From Candidatus Wukongarchaeum yapensis (GTDB taxonomy: Archaea > Asgardarchaeota > Wukongarchaeia > Wukongarchaeales > Wukongarchaeaceae): a DNA stretch of 9,635 nt. Below are positions 1 to 6,574 of this stretch, piece by piece; the first letter of the stretch is position 1; each line of letters starts with the position of its first letter. The notes beneath the pieces were generated by a model. That model saw nothing but the letters and a program-made list of their open reading frames with translations. It made no database searches and was not told where the DNA came from. The stretch covers positions 1 to 9,635 of the forward strand of contig JAEOSI010000071.1 in the NCBI GenBank assembly GCA_016840425.1. Reading direction: 5' to 3'. Both the position numbers and the translations under genes were made by a program.

Positions 1-54
1 TATTCTCCTTTAACTTACATGTTTTCAAGTGTCTAATATTATTTCGGTTCATTT

Positions 55-1974
55 TTATTCCTTTTTGAAGTATAGTATCGCCGCACCGATTCCTGCCACT
101 GCGAGTACTATGCCGACACCTAGCCAGAGCCACGGGAATCCTTCCTCTTCTTCTGGTGCTTCTGTAACCGTTACAATCACGGTGTCGCTAGCACTGTTAC
201 CAGAAGTGTCGTTAACACTACAGATAAAGATGTATGTTCCAACGATAAGATCAAGGTCAATCGTGATAGCTCCACCACCCCAATCACCAAACGCTATGAG
301 AGTGCCGTTCATCGTAATATTATACATGTGAGGATTAGCATCTCTCGGTTTCCAAGTAATACTGTAACCAGTTTCACCTTCCTCATAAGTTATATCAGCT
401 GGCTCATCGATGATCGGAGGAGTAATGTCTGGAGTAACTGTCACAGTAACACTGTCGCTAGCACTAAAGCCCACTGTGTCGTTAACGGTGCAAGTAAAGA
501 TGTAAGTTCCAACAGAAAGACCGTCAACATTAACCATGATATCTCCACCATCCCAAGAACTACTATTCAAAAGGGTGTCGTTCCGAGTAACATTAAACAT
601 GTGAGGATTAACAGGATCCCTAGGATGCCACGTGATATTATATCCCGTAGAACCCTCCTCATAAACTATATCGTCAGGCTGATCAATAACCGGAACATCA
701 TGAAAAACCTTAACCAACCAAAAATCATAACCTCTACCATCGAAAGAATTTGTACCGCCTGCTATTATGTATCCTCCGTCACTGGTCTGCTCAACACAAT
801 AACCCCAATCTTCATCTGTTGCTCCGTAGGTTTGGTTCCACTTCTCATTGCCACTTGCATCAGTTTTAATCAACCAAACATCACCCTCTATATCACCGAA
901 AGATGTTGTACCACCTGTTATTATGTATCCTCCGTCACTGGTCTGCACAACAAAAAAACCCATATCCACATCTGTTCCTCCGTAGGTTTGGTTCCACTCC
1001 TCAGCACCGCTTGCATCAGTTTTAATCAACCAAACATCACCATCTGGATCACCGAAAGAGCCTGTATCGCCTGTTATTATGTATCCTCCATCACTCGTCT
1101 GCCTAACACAATAAGCATAATCAGCGCCTGCTCCTCCGTAGGTTCGGTTCCACTCCTCAGCACCGTCTGGATAGGTTTTAATCAACCAAACTTCATCTCC
1201 ACCACCGAAAGATGTTGTGCTACCTGTTATTATGTATCCTCCGTCAGTGGTCTGCACAACACAACGACCCCGATCAATGCCTGCTCTTCCGTAGGTTTGA
1301 TTCCACTCCTCAGCGCCACTTGCGTTAGTTTTAACCAACCAAACTTCAGATCCACCACCGAAAGAGTATGTCCAGCCTGTGATTATGTATCCTCCGTCAG
1401 GACTGGTCTGCTTAACACAAAAACCCCAATCAGCGCCTGCTCCTCCGTAGGTTCGGTTCCACTCCTCAATGCCGTTTTCATCAGTTTTAATCAACCAAAC
1501 TTCAGATCCACCACCGAAAGAGTCTGTTGCACCTGCTATTATGTATCCTCCGTCAGGACTGGTCTGCTTAACACAAAAACCCCCATCAGGGTCTGCTCTT
1601 CCATAGGTTTGGTTCCACTCCTCAATGCCGTTTTCATCAGTTTTAATCAACCAAACATCTTCTTGACCAGCACCGAAAGAGCCTGTAAAGCCTGTTATTA
1701 TGTATCCTCCATCACTGGTCTGTGCAACACTATAACCCTCATCAAAGTCTGTTCCTCCGTAGGTTTGGTTCCATTCCGTTGCCCCCTCGTTGCTGTTACT
1801 GTTTCGCCCTTCTACCATAATTGTTGTTTGTGTAAGTAGGTTTGGAGGAGTTGCTGTTTTTGGTTTTTTTGTGATTGTTGATGGCACTGCTAAAACTATT
1901 GAAACTGTAAAGAGCAGCAATATCCCTGTTAGTATTATTTGTTTAGCCTTCTTTCCACGGTTTAAAACCATCAT
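55..1974 (-). CDS. Membrane-anchored cell-surface glycoprotein: signal peptide, 7-bladed beta-propeller, two Ig/PKD-like domains, C-terminal TM anchor (639 aa)
   Basis: N-terminus is basic then hydrophobic ([24 protein letters not shown]). Seven ~51-52-aa repeats of WNxTYG..D.G..V.QTxDGGYIIxG.T.SFG....VWLxKTD..G.EE. Two ~90-aa beta-rich repeats (P.IDxPxDIxYEEG.TGY.ITW.PRD...VNDT.G.SASDxVxVTVT). Acidic linker, then TM segment [24 protein letters not shown] and KKE tail. About 16 N-x-S/T sequons by hand count. SD-like GAGGGA just upstream on the minus strand. Confidence 0.92.
   Translation of the reverse strand: MMVLNRGKKAKQIILTGILLLFTVSIVLAVPSTITKKPKTATPPNLLTQTTIMVEGRNSNSNEGATEWNQTYGGTDFDEGYSVAQTSDGGYIITGFTGSFGAGQEDVWLIKTDENGIEEWNQTYGRADPDGGFCVKQTSPDGGYIIAGATDSFGGGSEVWLIKTDENGIEEWNRTYGGAGADWGFCVKQTSPDGGYIITGWTYSFGGGSEVWLVKTNASGAEEWNQTYGRAGIDRGRCVVQTTDGGYIITGSTTSFGGGDEVWLIKTYPDGAEEWNRTYGGAGADYAYCVRQTSDGGYIITGDTGSFGDPDGDVWLIKTDASGAEEWNQTYGGTDVDMGFFVVQTSDGGYIITGGTTSFGDIEGDVWLIKTDASGNEKWNQTYGATDEDWGYCVEQTSDGGYIIAGGTNSFDGRGYDFWLVKVFHDVPVIDQPDDIVYEEGSTGYNITWHPRDPVNPHMFNVTRNDTLLNSSSWDGGDIMVNVDGLSVGTYIFTCTVNDTVGFSASDSVTVTVTPDITPPIIDEPADITYEEGETGYSITWKPRDANPHMYNITMNGTLIAFGDWGGGAITIDLDLIVGTYIFICSVNDTSGNSASDTVIVTVTEAPEEEEGFPWLWLGVGIVLAVAGIGAAILYFKKE
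160..696 (-). repeat. Two tandem Ig/PKD-like domain repeats (stalk)
   Basis: [23 protein letters not shown]...[26 protein letters not shown] aligns with [23 protein letters not shown]...[26 protein letters not shown]. The fold assignment is inference. Confidence 0.8.
697..1773 (-). repeat. Seven tandem ~153-156-nt coding repeats (beta-propeller blades)
   Basis: Repeats visible in both protein and DNA. 1382-1427 is identical to 1538-1583, and 1455-1500 is identical to 1611-1656 (46 nt each, 156-nt offset). Confidence 0.95.
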
Positions 1975-2000
1975 TTATCCCTCAATAAAATCCTAAAAAA

Positions 2001-2018
2001 TCCCTAAGAGTTTAGGGA
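2001..2018. promoter_or_regulatory. 7-bp inverted repeat upstream of the surface-protein gene (operator or 5'-UTR hairpin)
   Basis: TCCCTAA-GAGT-TTAGGGA, 27 nt upstream of the ATG at 1974. Confidence 0.4.
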
Positions 2019-2264
2019 CTGTGGCACAAAAATTCGGAAAAAGGAATTTGTAAAGTATGGTTATCGTTTCCGATCTTCCCTAGAACATTTTACACCCGAT
2101 ATATTTCCGCTAAAACGGTTAAACAAGACAATATTACTCCATTACACCTTATTTCGTATAATAGGACATCGATTGTGCCAAAAAGCATTTAAAAAAACCG
2201 TTTAAAAAGTTTTGGGAGCATTAATAGTCTTTCTGAAGGATCGTGATTGAAAAGATAATGAAAA

Positions 2265-2290
2265 TGTCGTGAAAGGTTCATTTCACGACA
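2265..2290. repeat. Perfect 10-bp inverted repeat with 6-bp spacer
   Basis: TGTCGTGAAA-GGTTCA-TTTCACGACA. The repeat is seen directly; its function is unknown. Confidence 0.85.
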
Positions 2291-2471
2291 AAAAACAGAA
2301 TAACAAAAATCGTAAACGCTTTATGAAAAATGAACTATTTAACCCATTCCGAAATACGAAAAATGCTACTTGTTAAACTATTCTAAAACTTATCTATTTC
2401 AGGGTTTTTGACCTCTTTTTTGGGCTTTTTTTGTTTTTTAACTTCTGATACACAACGACGGTAATAAGGTA

Positions 2472-2547
2472 GGCTTGACTTGGGTTGAGGCGCGTTTCTT
2501 TCATGGGCTGATTGGGAGCCACATGGTGACCACCACCCCTTCTAGCC
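2472..2547. ncRNA. Candidate 76-nt structured RNA or cis-element of unknown class
   Basis: G+C-rich island in AT-rich intergenic DNA. Terminal stem GGCTTGA/TCTAGCC (6 of 7 bp). Internal hairpins ATGGGCT-GATTGGG-AGCC(A)CAT and GGTG-ACCAC-CACC. Not a canonical tRNA. Confidence 0.3.
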
Positions 2548-2671
2548 AAAAACCTTTGAAACCTTTCACATAACTATAAAAAGATTATAATAACCCCTTC
2601 TTTCCTTAATGTATTAAAGATTTCAAAAATTTCTGAATTTTTTTCATCGTATAACAGTGTATGTTTTTAGG

Positions 2672-2688
2672 AATAAAGGCTTTATATC
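2672..2688 (+). promoter_or_regulatory. Putative archaeal BRE-TATA promoter
   Basis: AATAAAGGC-TTTATATC predicts a start site near 2712, upstream of GAGGAG (2722-2727) and ATG 2740. Confidence 0.55.
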
Positions 2689-2739
2689 TTCATAATGAGG
2701 AGCTTTTATTTTGTTAAAAATGAGGAGAGTGGCTGTAAA

Positions 2740-3096
2740 ATGGATGAAAAACCAAGAAAAGCAGTTCCCGTGGAACTTGAAAATTTTAAAGACTTTATAC
2801 GAATGATTGCGTCAACTGGTAGGGGATTCACAGAGAATGTTGCCCACATTTTAGTCTATAAGGACGGAGAAGATTACATTTTTAGCACGTTAACCATCTT
2901 ACCTGCTTATTATCATCTTAGAGGACTGCCTATCCTAATTTATGCGCGTACAAAAGAAGAACCAAAAGGGTCTTTTGTTAAAATTCGTGCAACGCCAAAA
3001 GAAGAGGTAGGGTTTAGTTCAGACACCACAGACACAACTTTTACCTATATCCCGCTTATACATGTCAAAAAATTACCAGACTTTCTCAAAATATAA
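2740..3096 (+). CDS. Small archaeal hypothetical protein (118 aa), resembles the uncharacterised 'cren protein' family
   Basis: ORF track gives 2695..3096; start moved to ATG 2740 because of the SD and TATA positions. Motifs VPVELENFKDFxR, YYHLRGLPILIY and IPLIHVKKLPDFL recall that family (from memory, not searched). Confidence 0.8.
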   Translation: MDEKPRKAVPVELENFKDFIRMIASTGRGFTENVAHILVYKDGEDYIFSTLTILPAYYHLRGLPILIYARTKEEPKGSFVKIRATPKEEVGFSSDTTDTTFTYIPLIHVKKLPDFLKI

Positions 3097-3119
3097 AAAA
3101 AAGGAAAAAACCCTTTTTT
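3095..3119. terminator. Bidirectional oligo-T terminator between convergent genes
   Basis: AAAAAAAAGG-AAAAAA-CCCTTTTTT between stop codons at 3096 (+) and 3121 (-). It gives a T-run on each strand. Confidence 0.6.
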
Positions 3120-3120
3120 A

Positions 3121-4287
3121 TCATTCTTTCTCTAAGTCTTTTTGGCTTTTTATGGGTAGAAGGTGAATGTTTCCAACTTTCACCCTGTTTAGATATTTTT
3201 TGGCCGTTTGATAGCATTTTTTCACCTGTTCGAGGGGCGTGATACCCATATCAAGGAAAAACAGTTGAGGATGAAAAACAAGGAAGCTGTAAGGTATGTC
3301 TGGGTTTAAATCTGCTATAAATTTCACTATATTCTCCACCTCTCTTTCATCAACGTAACCTGGAACAAGGAGGGTGACCCCCGTAAGAACAGGCACATCC
3401 TTCCTCTCCTCATAGAACTCTTCGTAAACCATGCGGAAATTCTCATAAGTTTGAGAATTATCAGCACCGCTTAACACATAAGAAAGGTTTGGGTCAAAAC
3501 ATTTCAAATCAAATTTAATGTTCCCCCCACTAACAAAGCAGAGCTCTGCTGCCCTTTTCACAAGACTAGAGTTACCCGTCCCGTTTGTCTCATAACATAT
3601 TTTAAGCTTTCTATCAGGACATTTCTCAAGACTCAACCTAGAAGCTTTAAGGGTAAAAGGCAGTTGCGGGGTCGGATCCCCCCCAAAATAGCAAATACAA
3701 CTAATCTTTTTATTTTGACGTATCGTTTCACTAAACTCCTCCACCGTTACCGGAGAAATACCCTCCAACCTCTTATGGCTTGGATTTTGACAATACAAAC
3801 AGTTAAAATTACAACCAAACATGAAAACCGCATAGTTAAAATAACCCCTATCACCCCTTTCAGGTGAAAAACAATAATCTGGATATCCCACCCCCGTTCC
3901 AGCGGGGCAAAACCACGTAGAACAACAGTTCGTAGGATGCGGATCCAAATAAGCATGAAGAAGACCCTCATTAGACCCTCTTGTATAAACGTCCACCAAT
4001 TTCCCATCTTTTACAGTTTTTAACCCGCAAAATCCCCTCTCTCCTTCCCCGATTTTACAAGCATTACTACATATGCCACACAACTTACCATCAGGCGACC
4101 TTGGGGGTCTCTCAGGTAAACCGTATTGAATCCTTGATTCAGCGTGAGTTTGTAAAGCTATCTCTTTCGCCTTCTCAGGCTCAGAACGAACACAATCAAC
4201 GCAAACTTGCAACGCCTTCGCTATCAACACGCTTGAACGCCCACAAATAACACAAATAGAACTCTTCGAATAATCATCCACCGCCAT
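3121..4287 (-). CDS. Radical SAM protein, COG1180 / PflA-like (AmmeMemoRadiSam-like N-terminal Cys cluster), 388 aa
   Basis: CxxxCxxC motif (GCNFNCLYCQN), FGGDPTP (GGE-like motif), ETNG, IKFDLK and LLVPGY. Twelve additional N-terminal Cys. Confidence 0.92.
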   Translation of the reverse strand: MAVDDYSKSSICVICGRSSVLIAKALQVCVDCVRSEPEKAKEIALQTHAESRIQYGLPERPPRSPDGKLCGICSNACKIGEGERGFCGLKTVKDGKLVDVYTRGSNEGLLHAYLDPHPTNCCSTWFCPAGTGVGYPDYCFSPERGDRGYFNYAVFMFGCNFNCLYCQNPSHKRLEGISPVTVEEFSETIRQNKKISCICYFGGDPTPQLPFTLKASRLSLEKCPDRKLKICYETNGTGNSSLVKRAAELCFVSGGNIKFDLKCFDPNLSYVLSGADNSQTYENFRMVYEEFYEERKDVPVLTGVTLLVPGYVDEREVENIVKFIADLNPDIPYSFLVFHPQLFFLDMGITPLEQVKKCYQTAKKYLNRVKVGNIHLLPIKSQKDLEKE

Positions 4288-4425
4288 AAAAAATGCACCA
4301 CGATAAAAAAAGTATTATGAGGATTTTTATAATCTTTCTTTTAACCGTTTTTGAAAAGAAGTCTCCAAAAATCAGTTACTCCCCACGTCTCAAGGATCAG
4401 CTACCCCTCAAGGTTAAATATTTTT

Positions 4426-4441
4426 GAAAACAAGTTATAAA
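4426..4441 (+). promoter_or_regulatory. Putative BRE-TATA promoter for the membrane-protein gene
   Basis: GAAAACAAG-TTATAAA lies inside the track's 4424 start region, which argues for a later start codon. Confidence 0.45.
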
Positions 4442-4528
4442 CATGTAAGTGTTTCTTTTAACCTTTCTTTAAAACCTGTTGAGGCTTTAAACTATCGGAA
4501 AGAAGAGAAAGGAGGAGTTGATTTTTTT

Positions 4529-5503
4529 TTGTCAGAAAGAATAATGCTTTCAAGACTTATAGTTCTAATACAAATTATAGTGATCCCTGTATATTTCTTT
4601 GCTTTTGTATGGATTTATATGCCTGACGTTTCCATTCCCGCTTTAAGCGATGGAGCTTCACGTTTCTTGGTGGATGGTCTTGCCCCCATATTTTTCTCCC
4701 TTCCATGGCTTTATGGGACGTTTATATACCGTTATAAGTTTGCTGATGCTTATTCTAAAATGGGCGAGGCTGTAGGCCAGTTACCGTTAACTTTCCGTAT
4801 TTTCTACACTTTCAATCTTTTTTTAGTGCTCATATACTTCGTTTTCCCCATATTTTCGCCTCTTCTTGCCATAATAAGCGTGATACTAGTTTCATCTTTG
4901 GTTAGTAGATTGGTTTCTAAGGATGAAGAGCAGCCCAATAAGTCCGTTCGTTATCTTATTTTAATCCTGTTATTGCCCTTGATAGTGTTAATAACAATCG
5001 GTTTTTACAACGAACTACCCGAAATATGGGAAGTTTTAGGAGACAGCTGGTTCGACAATTTGGACACATTTTTCGGAGCAGGCCTAATACTAGCTGACTC
5101 CATAGCCATCGGCAGTTTACTCTACCTACTCTACGAAGGAGCATCCCAAGTAGACCCCACAATAAAAATACCAGAAATCAGAATCTCCTTCATAGTAGCA
5201 ATCATATTCACCATTGCAAGTTACCTATACTGGTATACCGACATCAACGTAGACCCCCTCCACATAGTCGGCCTAACACTCGCCTCCTTCATCTTTCTTG
5301 TACGATGGAAAAAAGGCCTAAAAAAAGAAACAACGAAAACAACCATGTCCATAATAGGCCTCCTCACAATGCCCTTATTCATAGGCGCAGAATTCCTACG
5401 CCGGTACAGCGACGTCGCCCGTACCTCAGTAATCGCTTTTGCAAGCATCATGTACTTCATAATCTTCCTCATAGCATGGAAAAAAGCACAAAACATCCCC
5501 TAA
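4529..5503 (+). CDS. Uncharacterised polytopic membrane protein (~10 TM helices, ~320 aa)
   Basis: ORF track gives 4424..5503. Probable start is TTG 4529 after AGGAGGAG (4510-4517), or ATG 4544. About ten hydrophobic segments with basic loops. No family motif recognised. Confidence 0.85.
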   Translation: MSERIMLSRLIVLIQIIVIPVYFFAFVWIYMPDVSIPALSDGASRFLVDGLAPIFFSLPWLYGTFIYRYKFADAYSKMGEAVGQLPLTFRIFYTFNLFLVLIYFVFPIFSPLLAIISVILVSSLVSRLVSKDEEQPNKSVRYLILILLLPLIVLITIGFYNELPEIWEVLGDSWFDNLDTFFGAGLILADSIAIGSLLYLLYEGASQVDPTIKIPEIRISFIVAIIFTIASYLYWYTDINVDPLHIVGLTLASFIFLVRWKKGLKKETTKTTMSIIGLLTMPLFIGAEFLRRYSDVARTSVIAFASIMYFIIFLIAWKKAQNIP

Positions 5504-5593
5504 AAAACCATAAAAAAACACTAAAAAAAATAACAAAAAATGGTGAGGCTGTCTTTTCTCCCCATATATCCCTATTTTAAATTCTCTTCAGCA

Positions 5594-5610
5594 TTTTTTT
5601 CCTTCTTTTT
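5594..5610 (+). terminator. Oligo-T terminator-like tract
   Basis: TTTTTTTCCTTCTTTTT about 90 nt after the stop at 5503. Confidence 0.4.
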
Positions 5611-5636
5611 CCATGAAAATTATATTGTCTATAGGT

Positions 5637-5650
5637 GAAAAGCTTATAAT
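5637..5650 (+). promoter_or_regulatory. Putative BRE-TATA promoter
   Basis: GAAAAG-CTTATAAT, about 50 nt upstream of ATG 5700. Confidence 0.5.
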
Positions 5651-5699
5651 GTAAAACCTAACATTTTTTAAACATCAAAGAAGGACAAGAGGCAAAAAG

Positions 5700-6449
5700 A
5701 TGTTAGAAAACGTAGATAGTGCTAAAATAACAACAATCGTCGACAACGATACAACACAACCCATGCTAAAAACTTCTTGGGGTTTATCTTTTTTCGTAGA
5801 ACTTTTCTCCAATGAACCTCCGCAAAAAAACGTGGTTTTAGCTGATACAAGCGGTTCCTTCAAAACCTTCGCTGAGAACACTTCCGAACTTAACGTTGAC
5901 CTCTCCCAAGTAGAGGCTATTTTGATCACTCATTGGCATAAAGACCATTATGGCGCCCTTACCAAAGTATTAGAACTAATCCCTCAAGGAATACCTGTTT
6001 ACACTCCTCTAGAAAACCCTGGAGAAGAAAAAGCTATTAAAAAAGCAGGAGGAACCCCAATACCCTCAGAAAACCCTACAAACATCGTTAAAGGTTGCAT
6101 AACTACAGGAAGAATAAAAAACGAAAAAACCATCGCAGAACACAGCCTGGCAATAAACATAAAAAATAAAGGCTTAATGATCCTTGTAGGATGTTCTCAC
6201 CCAGGAGTATGCAAAATCGTTCAACAAGCACAAAAAATAACCGAAAACAAACCCGTATACGGGGTGGCGGGAGGTTTCCACATTTCAAGCAAAGAAGAAG
6301 GAATAAAAACAAGTGAATGTCTAAAAAAAGCAAACCTCAGACTGATCTCGCCATGCCATTGCACGGGAGAAACCGCTAAAAAAACAATGAAAGAAATAAT
6401 GAGAAAAGAATACATGGAAAACGGCTCAGGAACAATAATAACAATCTAA
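5700..6449 (+). CDS. MBL-fold metallo-hydrolase, COG1237 family (often annotated 7,8-dihydropterin-6-yl-methyl-4-(beta-D-ribofuranosyl)aminobenzene 5'-phosphate synthase)
   Basis: ITTIVDN, WGLSFFVE, HxHxDH (THWHKDHYG), EHSL, GCSHPG, GGFH and PCHCTG motifs. Confidence 0.9.
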   Translation: MLENVDSAKITTIVDNDTTQPMLKTSWGLSFFVELFSNEPPQKNVVLADTSGSFKTFAENTSELNVDLSQVEAILITHWHKDHYGALTKVLELIPQGIPVYTPLENPGEEKAIKKAGGTPIPSENPTNIVKGCITTGRIKNEKTIAEHSLAINIKNKGLMILVGCSHPGVCKIVQQAQKITENKPVYGVAGGFHISSKEEGIKTSECLKKANLRLISPCHCTGETAKKTMKEIMRKEYMENGSGTIITI

Positions 6450-6512
6450 AAACAAAAAATCAAATAGGGTTTCTTCCTTAAAAGATCTCTTCTTCGGGTT
6501 TTTCGTTTGTTT

Positions 6513-6530
6513 AATAAACCTTTTATAAAT
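6513..6530 (+). promoter_or_regulatory. Putative BRE-TATA promoter
   Basis: AATAAACC-TTTTATAAAT, about 45 nt upstream of ATG 6575. Confidence 0.55.
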
Positions 6531-6574
6531 CCTTCATAATCATATTACAAAAATGGTGTTTTTCTGGGTTAGAT

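Noticed and set aside
697-1773. Repeats as a CRISPR array or DGR template/variable region
   Set aside because: They are in-frame coding repeats with no unique spacers. No reverse transcriptase or cas gene is present, and I did not see an adenine-specific variation pattern.
328-1839. 503-aa plus-strand ORF rich in Cys, Ser and Thr
   Set aside because: It is the exact antisense register of the surface-protein gene. It stays open because that gene avoids TTA/CTA/TCA codons here, and its repeats simply mirror the propeller repeats.
2022-2180. 8-bp distant inverted repeat TGGCACAA/TTGTGCCA as MITE ends, or TGGCAC as a sigma54 site
   Set aside because: Too short, no target-site duplication, the -12 element does not match, and the context is archaeal.
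2395-2525. Tiny minus-strand ORFs (MWLPISP*, and a 36-aa MKETRLNPSQ... peptide)
   Set aside because: Very short, low-complexity Lys-rich tail from an A-tract, no recognisable motif.
2472-2547. Canonical tRNA gene (Leu-CAA on minus or Gln-UUG on plus)
   Set aside because: No GTTC T-loop, no U33 or purine-37 pattern, and no proper D-arm. Kept only as an unknown structured element.
3664-4250. Short plus-strand ORFs 3664..3867 and 3981..4250, and minus-strand ORF 3747..4007
   Set aside because: Shadow or alternative frames inside the radical SAM gene.
4956-6415. Short ORFs 4956..5162, 5221..5496, 5305..5580, 5675..5929, 6103..6333 and 6221..6415
   Set aside because: They overlap better-supported genes; the skewed base composition explains the open frames.
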